Positions 48,104 through 56,931 of a DNA stretch of 64,000 bases are shown here, piece after piece; the stretch's first letter is position 1; every line of letters begins with the position of its first letter. The notes below the pieces were generated by a model. The model did no database searches. It was given only the letters and a program-made list of their open reading frames with translations, and was not told the DNA's origin. The stretch comes from Ktedonobacterales bacterium (lineage in GTDB: Bacteria > Chloroflexota > Ktedonobacteria > Ktedonobacterales > DATBGS01), in contig DATBGS010000084.1 in NCBI GenBank assembly GCA_036557885.1, forward strand, positions 2,314 to 66,313, given 5' to 3'. Made by a program: the position numbers and the translations under genes.

Positions 48104-48503
48104 TTACTTTCCCTGGCACTCCATAATGTAACGCCTGATCACTTCGGCTGAGACGGTCCCTGCTGTGCCAACATAGTACGCTTGTGTCCATAAATGCTCT
48201 TTTCCGCAGACGCGCTTGAGATGAGGGAAGCGCTCGCGCAAGTAGCGCGAACTGTCGCCTTTGAGCAAATTGGCAATCTCGGCAGGGGAAAAGCGCGGGG
48301 GTGCTGAGACAAACACATGGATCTGGTCCTGGTCCGTTTCCAGTGCGAGCAGGGTCAACCCATGACGCTCGCAACATTCAGTAATTAGCTCTTTGGTCGC
48401 TTTCTCTACCTCAGTAGTCAGAAGCTTACGCCGATATTTGGGAATCCAGACAAGATGATACGCGATTGAATAGTGTGTCCATCGTGTTTTACCCGTCTAT
48501 CAT
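48104..48503 (-). pseudogene. tnpA: IS200/IS605 Y1 transposase TnpA, disrupted near the N-terminus and with altered HUH motif
   Basis: ATG 48503 (GGAGGAGG upstream) reads MIDG then TAA. The +1 frame continues KTRWTHYSIAYHLVWIPKYRRKLL...TDQDQIHVFVSAPP...LWTQAYYVGTAG...RRYIMECQ to stop 48104. The HUH position reads Q-I-H. Confidence 0.75.
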
Positions 48504-48559
48504 ACCTCCTCCAATCTGTGCAATAATTCTAGCAGAGAACAGGAAGGACGGCAAGGCCA

Positions 48560-49792
48560 ATGGAGACCGTGCATATCTACCCATTGCCCAAGTTGCGTCG
48601 GGGCTATGCAACACGCTTGCGTGAAGCGCGCATTGAAGCGGCGCAGGTGTGGAATGTCTGCCGTGATCTCCATCTGGCGGCGCGACAACAGCATACTCGT
48701 TGGCCGAAGCGGGATGATCTCCAGAAAGCCACCAAAGACCGTTTTGCGCTGCATAGCCAGAGCGTGCAGATGATTTGCCATGCCTTCCTTGCCAATATTG
48801 AAACCACCAAAGAACGCAGAAAAACGAACCGCAAGATTCGCTACCCTTATAAAGACAAGCGGTATTATCCTCTGCTCTGGCCCGCGCAAGCGGTAAGCGG
48901 AGAGCGAGGGCGCATTGTCTTACCGATGGGTCGCGGGCGCCGTTCGCTCGTCTTCAAGGTGGACCTGCCAGAATGTATTGGCGGTTGCGAACTGGTCTGG
49001 AACGATGGGTACGAGTTGCACATCTCGGTTCCAGCAGTTCGGGCACCAGAGGCTCCTGGTACGGTGCAAGCGGCGGTAGACCTGGGAGAGATTCATCAGG
49101 CGGCGGTCACTACTTCGACGGGCGCTGCGCTGGTGATCTCCGGGCGTGGCATCCGTTCGCTCAAGCGGCGGCATAATAGAGCACTTGGACAGTTGGACAA
49201 GAAGCACAAACGCTGTAAGAGCGGGTCACGGCGCTGGCGCAAACTCCAGCGCGCCCGCCGGAACATGAGTGCTCGCAAAGGCCGTCAAGTCCGCGACCTG
49301 CGGCATAAGGGCACCCGCAAAGTAATTGCCTTCTGCGAGCAGCACGGCGTGGGGAATCTCTTCATTGGCAACCCGCATGGCGTGCGCAAGAACAACACCG
49401 GGCGCCACCACAATCAGCGCATGGCACAGTGGGAATATGGCAAGGACATCGCCTACCTGACCTATAAAGCACAATTAGCCAGCATCGAGAGCTTCACTGG
49501 TTCTGAGCGGGGTACGAGCAGCCAGTGTCCGGTATGCTGCTGGAAACAAAAAGTGAAGGGGCGCCTCTGGCGCTGCCGCAATCCCAAGTGCAGTTTTCAG
49601 GGCCACCGGGATGTGGTCGGCAGCGTCAATATGCGCTCCTTGGCGTTTGAGAACAAGATCACCTTCCCCGCTCAGGTCACGTATCAACGAGCTGGTCCCG
49701 TAAGGGTCTTGGCACGGAGTGAACAACCGTGCCAGGTGGTATCCAGCCAGCCCGTTGTAGGCGCCCGGACACGGGCCACCAGGAGAGCCTAG
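48560..49792 (+). CDS. tnpB: IS605 OrfB-type RNA-guided endonuclease TnpB (clade with relocated RuvC glutamate)
   Basis: AVDLGEIH (RuvC-I Asp), LFIGNP at the usual Glu position, SERGTSSQCPVC (alternative Glu plus first CxxC), CRNPKC and HRDVVGSVN (RuvC-III Asp). RBS AGGAAGGA. Confidence 0.85.
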   Translation: METVHIYPLPKLRRGYATRLREARIEAAQVWNVCRDLHLAARQQHTRWPKRDDLQKATKDRFALHSQSVQMICHAFLANIETTKERRKTNRKIRYPYKDKRYYPLLWPAQAVSGERGRIVLPMGRGRRSLVFKVDLPECIGGCELVWNDGYELHISVPAVRAPEAPGTVQAAVDLGEIHQAAVTTSTGAALVISGRGIRSLKRRHNRALGQLDKKHKRCKSGSRRWRKLQRARRNMSARKGRQVRDLRHKGTRKVIAFCEQHGVGNLFIGNPHGVRKNNTGRHHNQRMAQWEYGKDIAYLTYKAQLASIESFTGSERGTSSQCPVCCWKQKVKGRLWRCRNPKCSFQGHRDVVGSVNMRSLAFENKITFPAQVTYQRAGPVRVLARSEQPCQVVSSQPVVGARTRATRRA

Positions 49793-49927
49793 CTCGTTTG
49801 CACTGGTGTTGTCTGAGAGCGCATCATGGGCAACCACCTGTGATCTCACAGGGCCTCCTCGGAGGCAGGCCAACCGGAAATGTACGCGCTCAGAAGCTTA
49901 CCCCGTTTACGGGGTTGAGAGTGTCAC
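49700..49927 (+). ncRNA. candidate omega (right-end) RNA scaffold of TnpB copy 2
   Basis: By analogy with characterised TnpB systems. The terminal hairpin is at 49900-49915 and GAGAGTGTCAC at 49917-49927. The 5' boundary is a guess. Confidence 0.3.
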
Positions 49928-50139
49928 GCAAGATGTATCTACTATACGTATGAGGAGTCCCTGAAGGTACAGCTTTCCCGACGCGCTGTTTTCCGATCTT
50001 GTTTTCGGTCTTACCGCTTTGGGCTAAATTCTTGACAACGCGCTTCCTTTCGGGCATGATAGCATCTTGGATAACCAAGGCTGCTCAACGAGGAACAGTT
50101 TCTTAGTTCAGATGGTGACACCAGGCGTGAGGGACAGGC

Positions 50140-51027
50140 GTGAAAGCAGTGCAAACGGGCATTGACAAATTTGTCACGGCAAATGGCATCCGTCTCCATT
50201 ATGTTGAGTGGCCTGGAAAAGACGGAACAGCCTGGCGTTTGCCAGTCATCCTGCTGCATAGCGGGTTGGGATCAGGCCACTGTTGGGATTTGGTCGGGCC
50301 GCACCTGGCTGCTGGCGGGTTCCACACGCTGGCGCCTGACCTGCGGGGCCGGGGACTCAGCGAGCGCCCGCCAGGTGGCTATGATCTGCGCACCATCGCG
50401 GAAGACGTGGTGGCCTTTAGCCAGGCCGTCTCCTCTGGGCGCGTTGCCATCGTTGGGCATTCCTATGGCGCCTATGTCGCGCTGGCCGCTGCTGCCCTCT
50501 ATCCCAGCCTGTTTACCCAACTCGTGCTGGTGGATGGAGGCATCTGGTCAGCCGAGGGCCAGACCTGGGAAGAGTTTGCCCAGCAACAGCAAGGCGTCAC
50601 GCAGACCTACCCAACGCTGGCCGCGTACCTCGAAACCCAGCGCGAGGGCACAGCGCTGTTCTGGAATGATGAGGTGGCGCGGGCGCTGGTTAGCACTGTG
50701 CAGATAGACCCCGACGGGACGGTGCGCGAGTCCATGCCCCCGGTAGCCTGGCAGCAAACGCTGGCAAGCATGTGGCGCTATCGCCCCGAATCGCTCTATT
50801 CCCACATTGCCTGCCCCACGCTGGTCGTGGTGACTGAACTGCCCACTTCCTTTCCCAAAGACGTGCGCAACCAGAAATTAGAAATGAACGAGCGCTTCTT
50901 GCCGGAGGCAATGGCTGGCCTGCGCTGGTGCCGGGTGCAAGTCATGGAGCAGACCCACCACGAAGTACCTTTCCACAAGCCGGAAGAACTGGCAAACCTC
51001 ATTACCTCGTTTGTGCGTACACCCTAG
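50140..51027 (+). CDS. alpha/beta-fold hydrolase
   Basis: GTG start after GAGGGA. HSGLGSG oxyanion region and nucleophile elbow GHSYGA. The C-terminal region has a His in TQHHEVP. Confidence 0.8.
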   Translation: MKAVQTGIDKFVTANGIRLHYVEWPGKDGTAWRLPVILLHSGLGSGHCWDLVGPHLAAGGFHTLAPDLRGRGLSERPPGGYDLRTIAEDVVAFSQAVSSGRVAIVGHSYGAYVALAAAALYPSLFTQLVLVDGGIWSAEGQTWEEFAQQQQGVTQTYPTLAAYLETQREGTALFWNDEVARALVSTVQIDPDGTVRESMPPVAWQQTLASMWRYRPESLYSHIACPTLVVVTELPTSFPKDVRNQKLEMNERFLPEAMAGLRWCRVQVMEQTHHEVPFHKPEELANLITSFVRTP

Positions 51028-51034
51028 CCGCGCC

Positions 51035-51094
51035 AACATCGGTTGTTGGATCACCGGTTGCTTGATCATTGGTTGTTAGATCATCGGTTGCTGG
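51035..51094. repeat. four tandem copies of a 15-nt unit (ATCAYYGGTTGYTDG)
   Basis: AACATCGGTTGTTGG / ATCACCGGTTGCTTG / ATCATTGGTTGTTAG / ATCATCGGTTGCTGG read directly. GATC occurs at 51049, 51064 and 51079. Confidence 0.85.
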
Positions 51095-51114
51095 CAGGGG
51101 CGCCAACTGCTCGC

Positions 51115-52362
51115 TCACTCTGCCAGTGCCCCCGCCACGCTGAGCGCGTCCTCGAAGCCCTCATCATGGGTAAAGACCTCTAGCTCAGCGCTCAAGAGTT
51201 CGCTGCGCCCAATAGAATCCAGATGCACCGTGCGCTGCTGCCCCCAGGCTGCGCCGTCAATCGTGCAGGAGGTCGTGGCATGCTCGTGGTCGGGCGAGCG
51301 CCGAATCTCAAAACTTGCGGTGTGCCCCTTGAGGCTGCTGGTGATGATCAGCGTGCTGAGTGCGCCAGCCACCGCCTGCGACACCATCCAGGTTGGGTTG
51401 GGAGGAGGCTGTTGCTCGCGCAGGTGTTCGCCTGTCTGAATCATCAGCGGCTTTTTGTGGGGTTTGGCGCTGCGCGGGCGAATCTCCACCAGCACCGACT
51501 TCTGCCCCTCGGTACGTAGTTCCAGGTGAAAGGTGCCGCCGTTCTTTTTTTGCTGCCCCGGAACGAGGCTCCAGCCCAGCACGCTCGCCATCCACCCAAC
51601 CAGCAGCAGCGCCTGCGCCGGATTCGAGACGCCTACCGTCTGTCCGTTTGCTTCATGCCCCGCGTACTCAATCAACAGGTGGGAGATGCCACGCAGATAG
51701 GGCTGGAGAGCGTCAAGATCAAAAAATTGGGCGGTTAATTCGCGCCAGGGAGCCAGCCGCTGCCAGTTCAGATCGCTGGCCGCGCAGCGATAATGTCGGC
51801 TGCGCGTGATGCGCGCCAGCGCGGAAAGATTCCCTTCCAGATGCTCAAACTCTGCTGAGTCCACCACCATCCGATCACTGACCCCTACCAGGCGCTCAAA
51901 AAGCGCGTGATCGAGCGGCAGCGCATCGGCCCACCACATAAAGACTGGCAGATTCGCTGCCAGCAACGAGAGCACCACGCCGGGAAGGAAATGGACCGCT
52001 GTCCCATTGGCCTCAATCGTGACCTGCTCGCTGGTATTGTAGCCCCAGCGCTGGCGGTCCTGATAACAGGACTGATTGACCCAGGCGCGCATGCTCGGCG
52101 GCTCAATTTCTGGTTCGGCAATCAGCAGCAGCACACGCGCCGGATGATGCCGACAAAGATTCCCCAGGGCGCCCTCCACCGCTGCCGCCGTTTTGGCGCG
52201 CCTGGTAAACACAATCAAATTCAGAACGCTATTCCGCGTAGCCGGATGACCGTCATTGGTCGGGATGGCCGCTACCGACTCTTTCCAGAGCCGCATCCAC
52301 TCTTCTTTGATGGACTGAATCTCCACTGCCAACATGTCCTGCCGCGTCGGTTCTGCGTTCAT
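51115..52362 (-). CDS. opcA: glucose-6-phosphate dehydrogenase assembly protein OpcA (by context and length)
   Basis: ORF trimmed to ATG 52362 (RBS GAAAGGGG). It lies immediately downstream of zwf. The NSVLNLIVF block resembles the OpcA N-domain as recalled. Confidence 0.7.
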   Translation of the reverse strand: MNAEPTRQDMLAVEIQSIKEEWMRLWKESVAAIPTNDGHPATRNSVLNLIVFTRRAKTAAAVEGALGNLCRHHPARVLLLIAEPEIEPPSMRAWVNQSCYQDRQRWGYNTSEQVTIEANGTAVHFLPGVVLSLLAANLPVFMWWADALPLDHALFERLVGVSDRMVVDSAEFEHLEGNLSALARITRSRHYRCAASDLNWQRLAPWRELTAQFFDLDALQPYLRGISHLLIEYAGHEANGQTVGVSNPAQALLLVGWMASVLGWSLVPGQQKKNGGTFHLELRTEGQKSVLVEIRPRSAKPHKKPLMIQTGEHLREQQPPPNPTWMVSQAVAGALSTLIITSSLKGHTASFEIRRSPDHEHATTSCTIDGAAWGQQRTVHLDSIGRSELLSAELEVFTHDEGFEDALSVAGALAE

Positions 52363-52561
52363 ACTAACCCCTTTCTGAACGCCTATCTCATGAACGGGAT
52401 AGGGAACGAGGAGAGACTGCCCACAGTTGGGCGGTTGTCCCCTTACGGGGGTGGCCGGTTTTTGGTGGGAACCGGAAAACCCCACCACGCCTGTCCCGCG
52501 AAGCACCACCTGAAGGTAGCAAGACCACCTGAAGATGGCAGGCTGAGGATGCGCGGTTAGC

Positions 52562-54187
52562 TTATGGACGCCTCCAATTTTTGCCGCCGCGCTCGATCAG
52601 CGTGTCGGCCTCTTTTGGTCCCCAACTTCCGGCTTCATAGAGAGGAAGATGTGTGGTAGATTGGCCTGCCCAACCCTCCAGAACACTGTTGATGATGGTC
52701 CAGGCCGCCTCGGTTTCATCGCGGCGGGTAAACAGCGTGGAATCACCAAGCATACAATCAAGCAGCAGCCGCTCGTAGGCTTCAGGCGCCTCGCTCGCAA
52801 AAGCCGAGCCATACAGAAAGTCCATGTTGACGCCGCGAATGCGCATGGCGCCACCAGGCACCTTGGCGCCAAAGCGCAGCGAAATCCCTTCATTTGGCTG
52901 GATGCGCAGCGAGAGCACATTGGGCTGTAACTCGGTCACATTGGTATTCTTAAAGAGCATGAAGGGCGGGCGCTTAAATTCGATGTCAATCTGCGTGACC
53001 CGCTTTGCCAGGCGTTTGCCTGTGCGCAGGTAGAAGGGCACGTCGGCCCAGCGCCAGTTATCTATCTCCAGTTTGAGGGCGATATAGGTTTCGGTCTTCG
53101 TGTCTGGCGCAACCCCTGGCTCCTGATAATAGCCCGGCACCTGCTTCCCGTTAATCCAGCCGGGGCCATACTGCGCGCGCACCGTGTTGCGCGCGACCTG
53201 CACCAGATCAAGCGGCGGGATGGCATGCAGCACCTTGACCTTTTCATCGCGCACCGCGTTGGCCTCGAAGCCAACCGGCGGCTCCATTGCCGTCAGCGAC
53301 AGAAGCTGCATCATATGGTTCTGGACCATATCCCGAATGGCCCCTGCCGTCTCGTAGTAGCCAGCGCGCCCCTCAACCCCCACCTGTTCGGCCACCGTAA
53401 TCTGCACGTTATCAATGTAGCGCCGGTTCCAGATGGGTTCAAAGATGCCATTGCTGAAGCGGAACACCAGAATGTTCTGCACGGTTTCTTTGCCCAGGTA
53501 GTGGTCAATGCGATAGACCTGATCTTCCGAGAAGACCCGCAGCACCTTCCGGTTGAGTTCTTTGGCGCTCGCCAGATCATGTCCAAAGGGTTTTTCGATG
53601 ATAACGCGCGTCCACCCATTGGCGGATTCTTCATCATCGCCATTGTTCAGCCCATCCTGAGCAGCATGGCTGCGCCCACGATGAGGCGCCCCCAGGTTGT
53701 GCCCGTTCTTATGTACCAGCCTGGCCTGGCCGAGATGCTGGATGATCTCAGGGTAATACTCCGGCGAAGTTGCCAGGTAAAAGATATGATTGCCGCTGAT
53801 GCCGCGTTGATGGTCAAGCTGGTGCAGCTTCTGGCCGAGCCGCACATAGCCCTCTACATCGTGAAATTCCGTCTGGTGATAAAACAGCCCTTGGCAAAAG
53901 CTCTCCCAGACGGTGGGGTTCACCGGATGATTGCGTGAGAACTCGTTGATGGCATCCTTGACATATTGGCGCCATGCCTCATCTGTCATGGGGCGCCGCG
54001 CCACCCCAACGACAGTGAATCCGGCAGGCAGCGGATTCTCCATAGCCAGGTTATACAGCGCAGGCAAGAGCTTGCGCTTGGTCAGGTCGCCGGTTGCCCC
54101 AAAGATCACCATTGCGCAGGGCTGCGGGGTGCGCTGCCCCCGTGTGCCCTGGCGCAAGGGGTTGGTAAGCAGGGTGCTCTCCGACAT
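52562..54187 (-). CDS. zwf: glucose-6-phosphate 1-dehydrogenase
   Basis: IFGATGDLTKRKLLPAL, RIDHYLGKE and EKPFG motifs. Confidence 0.93.
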   Translation of the reverse strand: MSESTLLTNPLRQGTRGQRTPQPCAMVIFGATGDLTKRKLLPALYNLAMENPLPAGFTVVGVARRPMTDEAWRQYVKDAINEFSRNHPVNPTVWESFCQGLFYHQTEFHDVEGYVRLGQKLHQLDHQRGISGNHIFYLATSPEYYPEIIQHLGQARLVHKNGHNLGAPHRGRSHAAQDGLNNGDDEESANGWTRVIIEKPFGHDLASAKELNRKVLRVFSEDQVYRIDHYLGKETVQNILVFRFSNGIFEPIWNRRYIDNVQITVAEQVGVEGRAGYYETAGAIRDMVQNHMMQLLSLTAMEPPVGFEANAVRDEKVKVLHAIPPLDLVQVARNTVRAQYGPGWINGKQVPGYYQEPGVAPDTKTETYIALKLEIDNWRWADVPFYLRTGKRLAKRVTQIDIEFKRPPFMLFKNTNVTELQPNVLSLRIQPNEGISLRFGAKVPGGAMRIRGVNMDFLYGSAFASEAPEAYERLLLDCMLGDSTLFTRRDETEAAWTIINSVLEGWAGQSTTHLPLYEAGSWGPKEADTLIERGGKNWRRP

Positions 54188-54256
54188 AACTACTTCCCTT
54201 CACCGAGCAAAGCAAGGGCGCCCGCTGAGGCTTGCCCACGCGGGCGCGTGCTTCGG

Positions 54257-55153
54257 TTATTCTGTTTTGATAGCGTGCCCGCCAAATTGATTGCGCAGCG
54301 CTGCGATCACCTTGGCGCTAAACGACTCATCCTGCCGCGAACGGAAGCGCTCCAGCAAGGACAAGGTGATGATGGGCGCTGGCACATCGTGCTCCATCGC
54401 CTCCAGCACCGTCCAGCGGCCCTCGCCAGAATCCGCCACCCAGCCCTTGATGCCCGCCAGCTTGGGATCAGCCTGAAACGCAAGCTCGGCCAGTTCCAAG
54501 AGCCAGGAGCGCACCACGCTGCCCTGGTTCCACAGATGCGAGATTTTGTACAGGTCCAGGTTATATTGCGAGGCGTTCAGAATCTCAAAGCCTTCGCCAT
54601 ACGCCTGCAACATGCCATACTCGACGCCGTTATGCACCATCTTCACCAGATGGCCCGCGCCGTGATCGCCCATATAGCCGTAGCCATCGGGCGGCGCCAG
54701 CGTCTTAAAGATCGGCTCGCAGTGGTCGAAAATCGCCTTCTCGCCGCCAATCATCAGACAATAGCCGACCTTCAGCCCCCAGACGCCGCCGCTGGTGCCC
54801 ACATCCATAAAGTGATAACCCTTGGCGGTCACTTCCTGGCCCCGGCGTATCGAGTCTTTGTAGTAGGAGTTGCCGCCATCAATCAGGATGTCGCCCTTAG
54901 CAATCAGCGGCTCCAGCGCCGCGATCTGGTCATCCACCGGCTGCCCGGCTGGGACCATAATCCAGATAATGCGCGGAGCTTTGAGCTTGCCGACCAGTTC
55001 TTCCAGCGTAAAGGCGCCCTCGGCGCCCTCCGTCATAATCTCTTTGGTTTTTTCCGCCGTGCGGTTATAGGCCACGACCCGGTGGCCGTCACGCATCAAG
55101 CGCCGCACCATGTTGGCCCCCATGCGCCCCAGCCCAATAAAACCCAGTTCCAC
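54257..55153 (-). CDS. gnd: 6-phosphogluconate dehydrogenase, short (about 300 aa) decarboxylating type
   Basis: MELGFIGLGRMGANMV Rossmann start, DGGNSYYKDS, GTSGGVWG, HLVKMVHNGVEYG. Confidence 0.88.
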   Translation of the reverse strand: MELGFIGLGRMGANMVRRLMRDGHRVVAYNRTAEKTKEIMTEGAEGAFTLEELVGKLKAPRIIWIMVPAGQPVDDQIAALEPLIAKGDILIDGGNSYYKDSIRRGQEVTAKGYHFMDVGTSGGVWGLKVGYCLMIGGEKAIFDHCEPIFKTLAPPDGYGYMGDHGAGHLVKMVHNGVEYGMLQAYGEGFEILNASQYNLDLYKISHLWNQGSVVRSWLLELAELAFQADPKLAGIKGWVADSGEGRWTVLEAMEHDVPAPIITLSLLERFRSRQDESFSAKVIAALRNQFGGHAIKTE

Positions 55154-55232
55154 CCTCTGGCTCCTTTCAAAGCATGCCTAAAATTATCACAGATCGTCCG
55201 GTTCCAATGGAACCGGACAATCTGGTGTGCTC

Positions 55233-56381
55233 TTACCTGCCCATTCCGGTCAGCAGCTTCTCGCGCTTTTCCTCCAGCACCTTCATCAGCTTATCAAAGG
55301 CGTCGGAGAAGAGCTTGCCGCCTTCGTCCAGCAGTTGCTGTGTCACCTGATCATAGCTGATGCCCACTGCTGCCAGATCACGCAGCACCTGATGCGCGTC
55401 GGCCACATCCTGTGTCAGCGTCATGGCGACCTTGCCGTGATCTTTAAAGGCCGCGATGGTCTGGTCGGGCATGGTATTGACAGTCTCTGGCCCAATCAGT
55501 TCTTCCACGTACAGCACATCGCGGTACTGCGGGTTTTTGGTACTGGTGCTGGCCCAGAGGCAGCGCTGCACCATCGCCCCTTTGGACTTCAGTTTGGCAA
55601 AGCGCTCGCCCTTATGGAAAACTGCCTGGTACTTCTCATACGCCAGCTTCGCGTTGGCAATAGCGGATTTTCCAAGCAGGCTGGTCAGCTTCTCTTGCTC
55701 GGCGCCCTGGGCCGTCTTGAGCTTCTCTTCCAGCAGTTTATCCACCAGCGTATCCACGCGGCTGACAAAGAAACTGGCAACCGATGCCAGCTTCTCAATG
55801 GACTGGCCCGCTGCTACGCGCTTTTCCAGCGCGTTCAGGTACGCCTCGGCCACGCGCTCATAGTAGCCCAGCGAAAAGATCAGGGTGATGTTGATGCTGA
55901 TGCCCTCGGTCAGACAGCCTTCAATGGCGGGCATCCCTTCCTCGCTGGCGGGAATCTTCACATACACATTGGGCCGGTTCACTTCATCATGCAGCCGATG
56001 CGCCTCGGCAATCGTTGCCGCTGTATCATGCAGCAGGTGCGGCGAAACCTCGATGGAGACATACCCGTCCAGGCCATGCGTCCGCTCGTACACCGGGCGC
56101 AGCCTATCGCAGGCCATCTGAATATCTTCCACCGCCAGCGCCTCAAAGAGGTCGCCCGCGCTTTTCTTGCCGATGGCCACCAGCTTTTGCAGCGCTTCGT
56201 CATAGTCGCTGCTGCCGGCGATGGCCTTCTCAAAGATCGAGGGGTTGGAGGTAATGCCCGTCAGGGCATCCTCCTGAATCATCCGGTCCAGCGTGCCAGT
56301 AGTAATCAGGCTGCGCCGGATGTTGTCCAGCCAGATGCTCTGGCCGACATCATGCAGTTGTTGCAAGGAATTTTTGGTCAC
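55233..56381 (-). CDS. tal: transaldolase (long form)
   Basis: ORF 55233-56411. The likely start is GTG 56381, 8 nt after AAAGGAG (VTKNSLQQLHDVGQSIWLDNIRR). Also GITSNPSIF and VKIPAS. Confidence 0.9.
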   Translation of the reverse strand: MTKNSLQQLHDVGQSIWLDNIRRSLITTGTLDRMIQEDALTGITSNPSIFEKAIAGSSDYDEALQKLVAIGKKSAGDLFEALAVEDIQMACDRLRPVYERTHGLDGYVSIEVSPHLLHDTAATIAEAHRLHDEVNRPNVYVKIPASEEGMPAIEGCLTEGISINITLIFSLGYYERVAEAYLNALEKRVAAGQSIEKLASVASFFVSRVDTLVDKLLEEKLKTAQGAEQEKLTSLLGKSAIANAKLAYEKYQAVFHKGERFAKLKSKGAMVQRCLWASTSTKNPQYRDVLYVEELIGPETVNTMPDQTIAAFKDHGKVAMTLTQDVADAHQVLRDLAAVGISYDQVTQQLLDEGGKLFSDAFDKLMKVLEEKREKLLTGMGR

Positions 56382-56472
56382 GGTGCCTGCTCCTTTCAGA
56401 ATCGCACCCATGTTGCTTTTTGTGGCGCTCTACTACAGTTTATCCCATAGATGTTTAAGAAGTGGGGAAGGT

Positions 56473-56922
56473 TTACTTCCCGGCCTCCATTGCTTCGACC
56501 TTCTGTAGCCTGCGCACATGACGTGCCTCCCCGCTAAATGTGGCTGCGAGAAAGGCTTTAATAAGATCAACTGCTAATTCTGAGCCAATGATGCGCGCGC
56601 CCAGGCAGAGCACATTCATATTGTCGTGCTCCACGCCTTGATGCGCGGAGTAGTGATCGTGGCAGACCGAAGCGCGAATGCCCTTCATCTTGCAGGCGGC
56701 CACGCTCGCGCCCACGCCGCTGCCGCACACCAGCACTCCTCGCTCGGCGCGTCCACTGATGATCGCCTCGCCAACCGCCCTGGCAAAATCAGGATAATCG
56801 TCGCCGGGGTCCAGACTGAAGGCGCCCACATCCACCGGCTCGTGCCCCTCCTTGCGAATCTCCTCCAGGATGGTTTGCTTGAGCGGATAGCCGCCGTGAT
56901 CCATACCAACCGCAACGCGCAT
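56473..56922 (-). CDS. rpiB: ribose-5-phosphate isomerase B
   Basis: MRVAVGMDHGGYPLK, VLVCGSGVGASVAACK, HDNMNVLCLGAR. Confidence 0.9.
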   Translation of the reverse strand: MRVAVGMDHGGYPLKQTILEEIRKEGHEPVDVGAFSLDPGDDYPDFARAVGEAIISGRAERGVLVCGSGVGASVAACKMKGIRASVCHDHYSAHQGVEHDNMNVLCLGARIIGSELAVDLIKAFLAATFSGEARHVRRLQKVEAMEAGK

Positions 56923-56931
56923 GGCGTGCTC

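Larger units (their letters stand above)
48104..49927. mobile_element. IS605-type unit: decayed tnpA (leftward) and intact tnpB (rightward) with right-end hairpin
   Basis: Divergent tnpA/tnpB arrangement. The RE hairpin ACCCCG-TTTA-CGGGGT (49900-49915) is followed by TGAGAGTGTCAC. No recognisable left end was found: only 18 nt separate the tnpA stop from the ABC gene start. Confidence 0.55.

Noticed and set aside
48560-49792. TnpB copy 2 as a nuclease-dead TldR-type repressor (it lies next to an ABC transporter operon and has Asn at the usual RuvC-II Glu position)
   Set aside because: It keeps both RuvC Asp residues, both CxxC pairs, a full-length C-terminus and a Glu in SERGTS. That fits the known rearranged-glutamate active clade rather than truncated dead TldRs.
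50030-50060. TTGACA-containing promoter for the 50140 hydrolase
   Set aside because: TTGACA is present, but the best -10 candidates (CATGAT at 17 nt, TAGCAT at 22 nt) are poor or badly spaced. This is too weak to list.
53966-56450. Two long plus-strand ORFs (53966-55360 and 55227-56450) opposite gnd and tal
   Set aside because: The minus-strand genes have unmistakable Gnd and transaldolase motifs. The plus-strand translations are low-complexity (Arg/Ala/His/Leu-rich) shadows.
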